From the NCBI GenBank assembly GCA_026026165.1, contig JAPEUD010000017.1:62001-126000 (forward strand): DNA of 64,000 nt. Direction: 5' to 3'. The DNA comes from Sarea resinae. Lineage: Eukaryota. The notes under the pieces were generated by a model. The model had not been told where the DNA came from. It made no database searches and saw only the letters and a list, made by a program, of their open reading frames with translations. Shown in pieces: positions 23,468 through 37,260 of the stretch (positions are counted from its first letter, which is position 1; each line of letters starts with the position of its first letter). The position numbers were made by a program, and so were the translations under genes.

Positions 23468-24805
23468 ATGGGCTTTTCACCATCACGCCCACTAGCTCTG
23501 TTGAGAGGATGGTATTCGAGGAGAAAAGATGCTTCCGCTGTTCTCCCATCGGCAATCATGCAAACGTGTCGTAGAGCATACTCTACACATCCTCCCACCG
23601 CCCGTCTGAATATTCCAACCGATTTTGCCACAACGTCCCTCCTGCACCACACATCACAGTCGGCACTTTCGAACCACGAATTGTCGGAAGCTGCCCGCAA
23701 TTCGACGACAAAGCGACTGAACCTGTTTCAAGCGGTTAACGATGCTCTGGCGACTGCGCTTTCCGCCGACGAGCGCGTCCTTCTTTTTGGCGAAGATGTT
23801 GCCTTTGGAGGCGTTTTCCGCTGCTCGATGAATTTAGCAAATGACTTTGGCTCGGAACGAGTATTCAATACGCCGTTGAGCGAACAGGGAATTGTTGGAT
23901 TTGCCATCGGTTGCGCGGCAGAAGGCATGAAACCCGTGGCCGAGATCCAATTCGCCGACTACATGTATCCAGCATTTGATCAACTGGTCAACGAGGCTGC
24001 CAAATACAGGTTTCGCTCAGGGTCCACTGGAATGAACGTTGGAGGTCTGACAGTCCGAATGCCTTCTGGAGCAATGGGCCATGGTGCTTTGTAAGTTTGA
24101 CGACCTGCAGGGCATCTGAAGTCGTGGAGTAGCTTATCTGAGTTTTCGTTTACCCCTAGATATCACTCGCAATCGCCCGAATCCTTGTTTACTCATATAC
24201 CTGGGCTGCGTGTGGTGATCCCACGCTCACCTATACAAGCCAAGGGGCTTCTTCTCGCATCCATCGCAAGTAACGATCCGGTAGTCTTCATGGAACCAAA
24301 GGTTCTGTATCGGGCCACCGTGGAGCAAGTTCCGACCGAATCTTATGTACTTCCACTCTCCAAAGCGGAGATCCTCAAAGAAGGCAAGGACGTTACCATA
24401 ATATCATACGGCCATACACTTTACACTTGCTCCTCGGCCATAGAGGCTGCCGAGAAGGATTTTGGCGTCAGCGTTGAATTGATTGACCTGCGGACAATTT
24501 ATCCATGGGACCGGCCCACCATTTTGGAGAGCGTGAAAAAGACTGGAAGAGCCATTGTTGTTCACGATAGTATGGTGAATGCTGGCGTCGGAGCGGAGGT
24601 TGCAGCAACTATTCAAGAAGGAGCTTTTCTTAGATTGGAGGCACCGGTACAAAGGATTGCCGGATGGAGCACCCATATGGCTCTGATGTTCGAGAAGTTC
24701 AATGTCCCGGACGTTGCGAGTGAGTGTGCTCCTTGCCAGCACTGTAGTCTTACTGAACTGCTATCAGGGATTTACGATGCCATTCGACGCACGATAGAGT
24801 ACTGA
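23468..24805 (+). CDS. BCKDHB: 2-oxoisovalerate (branched-chain alpha-keto acid) dehydrogenase E1 beta subunit, mitochondrial; 3 exons (introns 24091-24159, 24720-24767)
   Basis: Arg-rich presequence; [78 protein letters not shown]. Confidence 0.96.
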
Positions 24806-26538
24806 CATGGAAGTATCATTGACCATGTCTGGTGGGATTCGTAGTGTAACGCTGATGGTGATGCGAGGCTCTCAGATATTCTCTGAAGTTCTTCCAGTGA
24901 CCCTTTTTCTGCGATCATAGGTGAATTGAAAATGAGCGTGTCTGATTACACATACTGCCGACGTACCTTAGCGGTCACAGCTGCATTGCACACTTACGCT
25001 CATAGAATATTTCATCGCATATAGCCTTCAGCAAATGAAACTGAATATCTTCGTGGACCGCCATCAGAGGGGCTTCGGTTTGATGTTTGCTGTGTGCCTC
25101 TACGCGCTTTCGTGTTTCAGATCCCATCATCAGCGGGTAGAACTGCAACGTCTCCGCAGACTTGCTCTGGGTCGTGGGCGCGACACAGCTAGGGCCAACC
25201 GATCCACACGGTACTCCTCACGGGGAGACTGTGTGAAGCATGCCATGCTACCATGACATCTTGGCAGCTTCATCGTGGCTTCATCTCTGCCTGAGATAGC
25301 TGATATATCTATCGCGCCCATTACTATGTAAGTAGTGCGATGTGACATTTGTTTTGCATCTCGTGCACCTTCCACCGATGGCCGAGGGATCCTTGTGGGA
25401 TGGTCCGACGAGCAGCCAACTCCCGTCCGCTAGCTATTAGTGCCAATGAGTGTGCCCAGAGTACAGAGTACTAAGGTACTACACAGATACTCTCAGCGGG
25501 TAGCGATACTCGTGCATCATTCAGGGTCCGAGTCCATCAAGGGGTCTGTCCATCTGGAGCCTCCTCCCTTGACTCCTTGGTTCCGGTGGCGGTAACTTGC
25601 TACGAGAGGGTACTACGACATTGCGTCCACCATTGATCTTTGACTACGAGGAGGATAGGCAGTAACTTTCTAGAAGGGACAATCCAAACGCTCGTCCGAT
25701 ACTCCAAGATGCAGTAAGGTGTTAAGTAAAATACTTACTCCACTCGGTAATATACACGGTATGCAAGGTACAGAGTCCCCCCCGTACTCCGTACTCTACA
25801 GAGTACACTATCTTCGCGCTCATTTGATACCCCTGTTCTCGTTATCCACTCCCTCGATGTTGACTTCCTTCCTGTTCCTCTCCACCTCATCTACTCTACT
25901 CTCTACGAGTATTCGACCTCAATCTCACTTGCACCGTAACTCTTCAGCCATCGGCAGCTCGACAAGCACTCTTTGCTTTCGCCCCAAACATTCCGCCCGA
26001 CCATGAACTCGAGTCGATAGCGCCTCGAGCCCGTAGACGGTCCTGTCCCTTCAGTCGCTCTCTCAACAAAAGTCTCTCTTTTCGACGCGCCTCATTCACT
26101 TTCTTGGAGACCAAGGACCACAATCTCACTGTTCTAGCCTCTTCGCCTTGTTCATGAGTCTTGCACGAAAGCCGTCACCTGCCATTCATCGTTTATCGTA
26201 AACTCGACCTCACGTCGTCTATTGATCTGCACCGACTCAGTCGCCTTTCGCTACCCCGATGAGACGAGGACGACACGAGCAAAAGCGGACATATCATCCA
26301 CCATACAACCTCACATTTCCACAAAATCGGAATCACGCTCCTTGAGGAACTCTACTAGGAAACACAAATCCTTCTCCTGCTATTGATTCCGCTGGCGGAC
26401 GACAGCTGGACTGTTCGAACCAAAGTGTCCCGATCTGGACCTTCTCACTACTCTCTTTGATACCCTCTACTACGCCTGGCAGGTTCCAGGATCGACGCTA
26501 TACGCCCTCCAGATAAAAGACAGTAATCCTCTGGCAAA

Positions 26539-29137
26539 ATGAGTTGCTGCGGGAATCGAGAGAAACTTGGGGAGATGAAGCAGGAGCAGAAGTGGGATTA
26601 CATCGTCAGTGCGATCCTCGTGTGATATATCTCGCTCAGCTGACCGATTTCACAGAATCTTTCCGATTTCAAATCTAATTCTTGTCTCGCGCCGATCTCG
26701 TACCTTATCTTGTACATCAACATCATAATCACCATTGCCGTATATGTTACGGATACGTTGACTGCGGTCAATCTAATAGCGTTCAATCGCTGGAACAGCG
26801 AAGTGAAACCAGCTATTCCGTTCACAGTCTCTAAGTGGATCTTTGCCATCTGCATCATCATATCATGGGTTCTGCTTTTCTTCGAATTACTGAGAGCTAT
26901 CCGAGTCATGAGACGAGGTGGTATTGCCGAGAGTTATCTAGACCCTCTAGCAGTGCAAATACAGAGTATTCGCTTAGGCCGGAATGGACGTGGATGGAGA
27001 AGATTCCTCGTCTTTGCAGCATTGACGAGAAGTAAGAAGGGGACTGATTACGTAGCTCTCTTCACTTATTTCTCCTTTAAAGGCATGCATGACCTTCTAA
27101 TCCTTGGTGTTCACAGCTAACACAGGCCTCGTAGGTTGGCTCCGGACAGTCTTTGCAGAAGGGCCTCGCCAGGTCGTCAACGGCGTAACCTTGTACACCG
27201 TAATGAGGGCGAGCATCATTCCTATCGGACAACATGCGGCGAGTGATGGCCATTCAGGATTCACTCAATTCTTCATCAACGTAGAATCTCTGGCCGAATC
27301 TTCCAGAACCCAGGCCGTTATTCTTTTCAGCATGCTTTTCACGTTAGTCATTTGGCTCATTTCGGCATTCGACCTAGTGCTTGGGTGCATCCTCTACATT
27401 CTCTTCCTTTGGCATCATATTCCGAGCACGGACAATGGCCTCTCAGGGTATTGCAGACGTAAGATTGACAGCCGAGTCAATAGGATTGTTGCTGCAAAGA
27501 TCAAGAAGACGTTGGAGAAGGAGGACGTGAAGAGAAGAAAAGAACAAGCCAGGGCCCTCAAAGAAGGCAGAGAAATATCTCCAATTGCCAAGAAACCAAC
27601 TGTCCCTGTACTCATTACAGCTGATGATGACAAAGTCATGGAGATGCCTTTGTTGAATCGTCAAGCCTCCCACTCTACAATGGCCTCGACCACGTCAAGG
27701 CCACCAACACGCGCTGGAATAGTGACTCCTGGGCTGCCAAGACAACCAACGCTACCAGACGTTTCTTCGGGCCTAACGAGACAGCCAACGGTACCCGAAG
27801 TATCGGGGGATATCATAAGACCTCCACCACCATCGAGAAGCGTAACGCAATCATCTGCAATGTCAGACGCAAGCTACGCCTCCAATGCTCCGTTATTGGG
27901 TGAAGCGAGCGCCATGGGATATGGGCCTCCTGGACGTAGTCCCTCACCTGCCCCGCCGCTCCCCACCGGCGGCTTCAGTTCAGGGCAATATAATTCTGTC
28001 CCACGTCCCGCGCCTAGCCGATCTGCGACAAACCAGACACAGTACTCGCAACGTTCTCTTACGCCAAGTTCGAGGCCACCAACAGCGCAATCTCGTAATA
28101 CGTCAGCACCCACCCCGATGCCAATGCCTACACGGCAGAATACAGCTCCGCCTGCCATCACCCAGGAACCCAGGCTCCCATTAATGCAGCCTCCGAACGC
28201 GCCTGGACGATTCCCCGTTGCGATTCCGTCACGACAGAACACTGCGCCTGGTGCACTCGAGCCGATGAAACAAGCAGATCCTAGGCTTCCCTTCATGGCT
28301 GAAGAAGAGAATCGTCGGCCCCCGGGGCCAAGCCAGAGCCCTTCGAATCCATATCGCCCTGCAAATCAAGACCGCGTTATGAGCCCTGCAGCAGATTCTT
28401 ATAGTAGACGCACGCCAGTGCCTACGAGCGATGCAACAGATCAGGCTACACCCACGGCACTGCAACCTGGCCGTAGAACACCGGGGCCATCCTATGATAC
28501 GAGAGCCCAATCTCCCGTGTCTTCCCCAGCTCCTACACAAAGTCCTCCACCTAATAGCGTCGGCTACGTCGCTTTCAACCCAAATTTTCACCCGTCGCCG
28601 GTCGACGTTGGTGATCAAAGCGCGCAAAACCCGCACTCACCGCCACCTACCTCGTTCAATGCGCCTAAAATGCCACGCCAACCGTACCAACCGCAGCAGC
28701 AGCAACAGCGGCGGAACATGACAGCGCCTGTAGCGTCAGCGGGACTGCCGCCTGGGGGTCCCACTGTACCATTTACCACCAACAACTTCTACAGTCGGCC
28801 ACAGCCACAACTTCCACCCCAGCGGTCCGCGACTGCACCTTTGCATCCTCCTCCAGCGTCTGGGTACGACGACTCGATCTACGACGCCTATGGCGATGGT
28901 GGTGAATACCACGGAGCATACGAGATGCCTACGATCCCGCAGATGCCACCAAGAGCAGCGACGTCAAGCCCAAGAGCCGGTCCCGGTGGGTATCATACTA
29001 ATGGTGGTGGCGGTGGCGGTGGCGTATACGATAGTCCTGGTGGCTATGGATATGGTGGTTATGGATATGGTAGTGCCAACGCCCATGGCAATAATGGCAA
29101 CGCCTATGGCAATAATAGTGGGAGACTACCGTATTGA
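26539..29137 (+). CDS. KCH1: KCH1/PRM6 family fungal low-affinity potassium transporter with long Pro/Ser-rich tail; 3 exons (introns 26605-26655 and 27083-27134, the latter GC-AG)
   Basis: MSCCGNREK..EQKWDYI|NLSDFKS, DTLTAVNLIAFNRW, KWIFAICII, WRRFLVFAALT, YVALFTYFSFKG|WLRTVFAEGPRQVVNGVTLY, LSGYCRRKI. Confidence 0.88.
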
Positions 29138-29548
29138 GAATACACTTGCCAGCCTCCTACCACCTTGACCGGGCGACTTTCTTCCCTCCCGGCTTTCCTT
29201 TAGCGCGCCTTCTCCCTCCACTTCTTCGTCAACGGCGCCCTTCTTTCTGTCTGTCTGTTTCCGAAGATACCCGCTACGACGCACCAACACTTTCACGACC
29301 ATGTCTGCCTGCCTCTTTGTTCTGTCATCTTCTGCCTGTTCGGCGCTTCTGAGCGGTATTTTTTATTCATTTCGACCATTTTTTTTGGAGCAAGTGAGGG
29401 GTGAAGTGGAAGGAAGTTCATGAGAAGGTGGTTCGGGGCTTTCTTATCGGCCCTATTGTGAGACGGCATTCTTCTCAATCAATATACGTAGCCTTGGAAG
29501 GGATCATAGCCAGAAAGCGAAAAGCGAATTAGGTATTAGAATGCCTAT

Positions 29549-30067
29549 ATACCTACCTACCTACCTATCTACCTACATTGACTTCCTGCTATCCTGTCCT
29601 ACTTGGATCGCGTAAACATCGTAATAGCGCACGGCGCAGCACATCACACACACAGCAAAGTAGAGGACATACAAGAGCACGCCTATCTATCTCACCCATT
29701 CACGACGAGCTCGGCAAGGAACACAAGGTAGCGAAAGGTGCCCCATCTATTTCTATATCCATCTATCCATCTATCACACACAAGAAAAAAACGAGCCGGG
29801 CTAAGCTAGCTAGGGTAGGGTAGATGAGCTAGATGCCTTCCGTACTATACCTGCCATGCATGCCGTACAGCAGGGACGTAGGAGGTCTTCTTCTGTTCTG
29901 TCTCGGACCGTGTCATCGCCGTCTCGCCTTCTATTTGCAAAAAGAAACCGTAGGCGCTGAGCATACGTAAACGCCGACGCTGACGCTGACGCTGACGCTG
30001 ATTGACGACGGCACTGTCATTCACGATCGTGGCTGGCTGGCTGGCTGGTAGGGCGCGGGGGGGGGGG
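29549..30067. repeat. Cluster of simple repeats in the KCH/REI1 convergent intergenic region: (TACC)n at about 29549-29576, (CGCTGA)n at about 29978-30001, (GGCT)n at about 30031-30048, poly-G at about 30057-30067
   Basis: Directly visible tandem units. Confidence 0.85.
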
Positions 30068-30240
30068 CAAGAAGAAGGTGTAGTGGATGTCTTGTATGAA
30101 GGCCCGGAGAATAGAACGGGTGCATGAGAAAGGTAGGTCGACGACGAAGACATGAGGGTGGATCTCGTAAGGTAAAGGCGCTGGATGGATGGAGAGAGGA
30201 ACATAGGAGGGAAGACCGTCGCGAGGTTTTTCGGCTTCGA

Positions 30241-32094
30241 TCATTGCAGAAGAGGATCCTATACGTGCACGCAGACGTCGGTTAGAAAGTATCCCAAGAG
30301 CCCCATGCCCCCCAAAAGGTTGTGAGAGCACGGGGAGGAGAGATGGAAGATAGTATACATACCCTGAAATGCTTCTGCGAATTGCCCTTCTTCTCCACGC
30401 CCCATTGGTATTGTTTCCGGGCGCGCTGCTCCGCACGCAGAGCCCGTTTCTCCACGGCCTTGACCTCCTTCTTCTTGACGTCGCTGACGCCCAGCATGCC
30501 CAGTCCGCCATTCGCGCGCGAGACGAGTTGGCGGTTGGAGTCTCGGCCTCTTCCTTGACGCCGCTGCCGCTGTCCGTCGTCCTCGGAGTCCGAGTCTGAG
30601 TCCGAGGTTGCTCTGCCTTCGGCGATGGCACGGCGATTTTGAATGCGCTCGGCCGGCGTGGGGTAATTGTGGAGGTTTTGACGGTAGTAGCGCGCGAGCG
30701 AGCGGTGACCGGCGGTTCGGCCCGAGGGCAGATGCAGCTCGTAGTCGTCGTGGTAGACGGCGTGTGGATGGGTGTGGTGGGCGTGCGAGTGATATCCGTC
30801 TCTGTGGTGGTGCGGGTGGGGATTAGCGTGGGAGTGGTGGCGGTGGGACGAGAGCTTCTCGAAGCGGTGGGTGTGGTCCAGAGGAACGGCGGTCAGGTCT
30901 TCGGATGCTAGACTAGAGGCATCGCTGTCGGTTTCCCAGCCCTGTCCCTCGCCGAGGTCGTCGTCAGACGAGACTTCGACTTCGGCGCCGTTTTCGTCGC
31001 TGATGACCATCTTGGTGGTGCCGTCACGCTTGGCGCCGAGCTTGACACCGCCGGCGCGCCGGTGACCCTCTTCTTCTGAGTCCATGTCCGAGTCGGAGTC
31101 GTCGTGTTCCGAGTACGTGCTTCGGAAGTCGTAGAACTGGCCGACTTCGATCATGTCTTCCTCGTCGTCGAAGGCGATCATGCAATGCCCTTTGTCGCGC
31201 ATGTGGGTCTGTATGCCGGCTGCGGTTCCCTTCAATTTGTGGCAGAAGAGACATTCGTGGAATTCGGCGATTTTCTCGTAAAGGTAGCCGATGAGTCCCG
31301 ATAGGTCGGACAGATATGGCTTCTCAGGGATGAACATGCCGTGGATCTTGAACATGTGCGAGACGTTGAGATCGAGTGACGGGGAATCGTAGTTGCAGAA
31401 TAAGCATTTGTTCAATGGAATCGGTTGTGAGGGGGATTCCTTGGTGGCGGTCCTAGACAGTGACTCTGACCCAGATTGAACTGTTCCGTTATGCGGCTTT
31501 GTCGTGGATTCGCCATCTCCAATCGAAGTCTCCCCAACTGCCTTGGCTACCTCTGAAATCTCGTCGTCCGTCGTGGCGTCTGCGCTGACCTGGGATGCTG
31601 TCTCGATCGGCTCTCCAAGAGAGAAAGTCGAACTCATAACAGATGCAGTCTCATCGTCTCCGCGGGCAACGCCACCCTTTCGCAGGCTCGCTACCCTAAT
31701 CTTGTGTTTCTGACTGCCTAGATGATTCTGGAAAGCATTCTCGCTGAAGTAGGTTTTCTGGCAAGCTGCACATGATTTTTCAAATGATGCTTTCGCTGCA
31801 GCGGCGCTGGAAGTGGCTTGAGCGTTCAGCACTTTCTCGGCGAACACCTCCGAGGCCAATGGGGGAAGTGAGGCAACTCGACGCTTCAAGTTATATCGAC
31901 TGTGACGACTTCGTTAGGCATCTTACATGATCCCCAAGAAGGACGAGAACTCACTGCCAGTCGCTGTGCATATGAGCACGCTGGAGCTCACTGCTTCTGA
32001 ACGCCACCTGACACGAGTTGCAGGTGAAAGGATGTGAAGCCGCCGTGCTTGCTGGTGCCAGAGGCGCCGTCCGGCTTGACGTGATGCTCGCCAT
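30241..32094 (-). CDS. REI1: REI1/REH1 (ZNF622) pre-60S ribosome maturation C2H2 zinc-finger protein; 3 exons (introns 31900-31954, 30259-30362)
   Basis: FTCNSCQVAFRSSELQRAHMHSDWH|RYNLKRRVASLPPL, CAACQKTYFSENAFQNHLGSQKH, CLFCN...HGMFIPE, HMRDKGHCMI, ELHLPSGRTAGHRSLARYYRQN, NSQKHFR|DPLLQ*. Confidence 0.96.
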
Positions 32095-32932
32095 GACAGA
32101 CGCTGTTTCTAGTTCCCTCGGAAATGGTCTCCCTTGTTTATTGAGTCGTGCCTCAGCGAGAGCGTCGAGTCGGATCGACGAGGAAGGCGAACAGGGCGGA
32201 TGAATTGTCCAGCTGAATGTCTCTGGATAAGGCTGACGATAGGCGCTGGGGATGACAATTATTCACCATTGCAATGATAATTGCTCTCGCTTGATATTGG
32301 ATACCTCGACTGAAGTCTCTTCAAGCGTGTCGGGAGGGTAGGAGGTACTTCCGGCCCTGTCCACGCCCACAATCATCGGAGTCTGAGTACAGAGTAGTGT
32401 GGGTAGGCAGTGAGGGGCGCAAAGGCGGTAGGTGAGTACTCCATACTACGTAGTACTCCGTGCGCCGTACTCCGTGGTAGGTCATCGGTCGTAGCTCGAG
32501 GTCACAACCATAACCTGAAGGTCCCTCAAGTCAGCATGCTTATGTAATGGTAATGACCCTCGACGGACGTGTGCATACGCTTTGTACGCTGTGCAGTGCA
32601 GTATGAAGTACACGAAGCAGGCATCCGATTCCCTCCAGCTTGTTGACCAGAAACTGCTCGACCTCCATCCATACACTATCGTATCTTACTCGATTCGATC
32701 TTGAAGACTTTCCAGAGCGCTCTCTTCCCTTTGCAAGTTCTTGATCACTATTGATAATCCAGCCCTCCTTTGATCACAGCTCCAGCTCGGCTGTCGCAAG
32801 CTCTTGGTTGATGCTCTCAAGGCTGGCGATATTAGAGCCCGTTAGTTGGCAGTCTACCGTTGCCTCAAAGCACTGTCGTGGAGCCTTCAGTCCGTTCCAC
32901 AGTTCGAGCATGAGGCGGTCTTTCTTTCGAAC

Positions 32933-35900
32933 ATGACTCGTTCTCTTGGAGGAGCCGTTGGCTCTCAAGATGGTGGGAACGGCCATGCTCCGACGGCTAC
33001 AGTTGCCTTCGACCACACAACGCTCCCTTTTAATGCCCCCGAGGTCCTAGCCAAGAACGCCGTCTACGTGAGAGATCCGCACCGTATATACTCGGTACAT
33101 GAGACCGAACGACGAAAAGAATTTCAAGTTTTGGTCCGGCGGTAGGGTTCCTTACCTTTAGAATGAGTGAACGAGGCTGACATAGCTGGCTCTAGATATA
33201 TTGGCCAGCTCCTATATGGCTGTCAGGAACCCGCGTGTACAACACCTACTTGTCTCTCCTTCCGGAAACGAATAGCCGATGCACCACTACGGAAACTGAC
33301 GGCCATCAGCGCCCGAACCGTTGCATGCTACTTGGCCAGCGAAGAAGATCCCGAAAAGAGCCTTTGTCCGCACAAACCTGTCATTCCTCCAGAGGTTGGT
33401 GGCGACGATTTTGTGGTTAGGAAGCGGCCAGGGAAGCCCGATAAGGCCAAGCGCAAGTCAAGGGAGAAGAGGGTTCAAGGCACAGGCAAACAACAACATT
33501 CAAGTGATGGGGCGGACAAGATAAATACTGATCTAAGCCAACCCGCTGTCGATGCTACTTCTTCGAGTCTGGAGGACACATTTCTCGAAATTTCTAGGTC
33601 TCGAATTTTGGATCTCGCGAAGCTTGATCAGAAAGCGAAAAAACGGCGCAAGGATCATAAAAAGAAAGACCCAAAATCGTTTACACAAAATCTTTTCGAT
33701 ACATTTTCAATGAAGATGATTGAGTGGTTACCGTTGCCGAGCGCCGCTTCGCTTTTCAACTTTGCTCCGGAAGGGGAAGAGGACCAGTATTCGACTGCCG
33801 CGCCTGAATTGCCAGACGAGGTCACGCCGTCGAACAGAGATAGCATTCGAGTACGTAGTCATTCAGAGGATCTTCAAACGGCGCCTATCGCTATCCCGGA
33901 GCGTGATCACACAGATCCAGATCATGCAAATATGCAAATACAGCCCCATTCACAATCCGAACCAGTGTCAAAACCATCGTCAACTTCTCCTCAGGCCTAC
34001 AGGAGACGCTCTTCGACGCAAGCAGAACAACGACGACGATCTGGGTCATATTCATCGAAGTCCAAATTATCGAAGCCCCCTAAGAAAACTGCTCGACCAC
34101 CAGTCACTCCTTTCAGCCACGGAGCTGGATTACCATATTCTACCTTGCCACCTCCGGCTAGACATCATCGAAGACAACAACAACATACCGAAACGGGATC
34201 CTCCCGAGACGTCCATCAGGATAGACCGCACCAGCAGAGAAGGGAATCTTGGAACGGAGCGAAGATGCCGAAGTTACCACAAGAGACACCATCGCGTACA
34301 AGTGAGAGAGATCAAGCAACGAAGCCAAAACGCTTGATAGACGCACCGCATGCCTCACATCAACCTTCAGTCACACCACCTAGGGATCTAGAGTACATCA
34401 GACCGCCACAAGCTCTCTCCCATCTATCCTACGACTTAGTAGTGGCGTTAATGCAACTGGTGAAGTCATCAGACGCATTAGAGGATGGCGAGCGGCAGTT
34501 ACTTCGCTCTTTTGGACTTCGCGAACCACGCAGCAGAAAGTCTCTCAAACGCCTCCTCGATACGGAATACCTCGAAGCCCAGGCATTCACAAGCCAGAGT
34601 ATATTTTATGTTCTCAGCAGTCCTGAAACGATGCTAAAATCGTGGAGAGATCCTGGAGATGAGAACACTCTCAAATCTATCGTGGTATCCCGACAACTCG
34701 GAGATCAGACGAGGCTCGCAGACTCCTTTCAGCTTCTGATTGATCATGACCCTAGTATCGTATTCAAAAGCTTATGGCTTGGAATTGAGTGTCTTTTTAC
34801 GCCACCGCCCCAGCTCGTCCCACCCAGAGATCCAAGATTGAGGACTCTGTCCAATTCTTCGGGACAGAAAGAGTTGCAGAATTTAGGAAACCAGATCAAC
34901 AAACCGTCACAACGTACTCAACATGTTTCGGAAGCAGATGCTGCCCATATAGTAGGAATGTGCGTCATTGCCTTGGCTGCTGCTGTCCCATCAGGCCATG
35001 CAGATTCTTGGCTAGCTGTTCGTCAGTTACGTGCTCATGGAAAGGTGGTACCGGATGCCAACCTCGTAGAGGCTGATCGAGGCCTGATTGAGCCTATGCT
35101 ACAAGGAATTGAAGCTCTAGAAGACGAAGTGGCCCTGCGACTTGTCAACAGGCTTGTCCGGGCCGTAGCTGCTCGGTCATGTTTCTCTGAGATCGCCGCG
35201 ACCAAACGCGGGGAGCAGTCAGATCCCACTTCCGAACCCAATCTCTTTGAAAATCTACATCAACAACTTAAAATAGTGGTTATGGCAGCAAGAAATAGAT
35301 CTTCCGGAGCCGAGTCGGACTTCACTGACGATTTGTTCACTCAGGGCCCCGATCCCACCTCAACGGCTCCTGCTGTAATGGTTGAGTGGCTTCGAACGGT
35401 CCTATTGAAAGAATGGGATGGAAAAGGTGTCGTGAAAAGATGGGGTGTTGTGGGTGGAGCTATAGAAATGCTCTCTTTCTTGTGTAAGTGGAGAATCGCG
35501 CGCGCAATGCATGGCACTTCAGTCTGATGTTAAGCGACAGATAAACATTATGAGTCTCTCGAACTGCCTCCGGAGATATTTCATACGCCATTTCTCTCTG
35601 ACCGTTTAGATCCAATGGAGACACCTGTTGAGTGGATTGCTCAAAAATCAAGTGCAAATATGGTTCACCTCCTCTCGTACTCGTTTCTCTTTCCACCATC
35701 CGCGTTAGTGACATATTTTCGTGCCATCAATTTCTCAAACATGTCGAAAGCCTTCGAGACTTCTATGACGACAGGGCGATTGGTGGCGCAGATGTTGCAT
35801 ATGGCTTTCCGTAACGATCCTTTCCACAGCGACCACAGGTTGTTCGATCGTATGAAGACAGCCATGTCCACTTACCTTGTCCTGGAAGTGCGAAGAGACA

Positions 35901-37260
35901 CCGTATTGACTGATGCTCTCAACCAGCTATGGAGACGGGAGAAAAGAGAGTTGATGCGGCCACTGAAGGTTCGAATGGGTATGGAGGAGGGTGAAGAAGG
36001 TGTGGATCATGGAGGGGTGCAGCAAGAATTCTTCAGACTAGCCATCAGTGAGGCTCTGAATCCCGAATATGGTATGCCACAGCCCTGTCTACCTGACGGT
36101 CGAGTTGCTGACGACGGTAGGACTTTTCACTACGGACACTCGGACACGCATGTCTTGGTTCCAACCTTGTTCCCTTGAGCCGCTATACAAATTCGAACTG
36201 TTAGGGTTGCTTGTATCACTCGCGATATATAACGGCCTTACCCTGCCTGTTACCTTTCCCGAAGCCTTGTATAGAAAGCTTCTTGGCGTGCCAGTCAGCA
36301 GTATTTCTCACATCAAGGATGGCTGGCCCGAGTTGTCTAAAGGTCTTGCAGACCTGCTCGCCTGGACGGAAGGTGATGTGGGAGACGTTTTCATGCGCAC
36401 CTATGAATTCTCCGTTCAAGGCTGGGGCAAGAATATCGAAGTGGACATGGAAAAGGTTGATAGAGATGATGAGTGGCCTAAGAAAACGAGATCCCAAGGG
36501 AAAAAGAAGGCGTCGTTTCAAGCAAGCGTCAACTCGCCGACTCAACGAGAGACACCGCCTCATCTCGAAGGGAACCTGTTTTCCAGCTCGCCGGACCCCT
36601 TTGATAGCCAGAACAATGATTCGGAACCTTCGCTGGCAGAGGCCAGCCTGGTCACCAACGCAAATCGCGAAAAATACGTGAGGGACTACATTTTCTGGCT
36701 CACCGATAAATCTATTCGCCCTCAGTATGAAGCGTTTGCGAGAGGTCTCTTCGTTTGTCTCGACAAGACTGCCCTCTCGGTAAGTGATGTACTCATCAGG
36801 TCAGTCAAGACACGCGCTGACGGGTTTAGATATTTACGCCAGAAGCTCTACGGAGCGTTGTCGAAGGCATACAAGAAATTGACGTGGATGGCTTGGAACA
36901 AACGGTGCGGTATGAAGATGGATTCAGCCCTCAACATCCTCTCATCCAAGACTTCTGGCACATTGTCCGCGAATTCTCGGCAGATCAGAAGCGAAAACTC
37001 CTTGAATTCGTGACCGCTAGCGATCGGGTTCCTGTCAATGGAGTCAGTAGTATATTATTTGTCATCCAGAGGAACGGGCCTGACAGCGAGGTACGTGAGA
37101 TGGGCTGATTGTCCCTTGCAATACTGACTTCCTCTAGCGCGTTCCAACAAGTCTTACGTGCTTTGGCCGTCTGTTGCTCCCTGAATACTCGGGCCGGGAG
37201 AAGTTGAAGGCGAAGTTGCTATTGGCGTTGGAGAACGGAAGAGGTTTTGGTGTTCCTTGA
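32933..37260 (+). CDS. HECT-domain E3 ubiquitin ligase with N-terminal AZUL-like Zn finger (UBE3A/mug30-like); 6 exons (introns 33142-33195, 35484-35540, 36072-36120, 36780-36829, 37091-37137)
   Basis: [22 protein letters not shown] (AZUL-like); [66 protein letters not shown], catalytic [15 protein letters not shown] and terminal GFG. Confidence 0.93.

Noticed and set aside
37138..37170. HECT active-site motif PTSLTCF instead of PxSHTCF as a sign of inactivity
   Set aside because: The catalytic Cys and terminal GF motif are intact; a single substitution is not evidence of loss of function.
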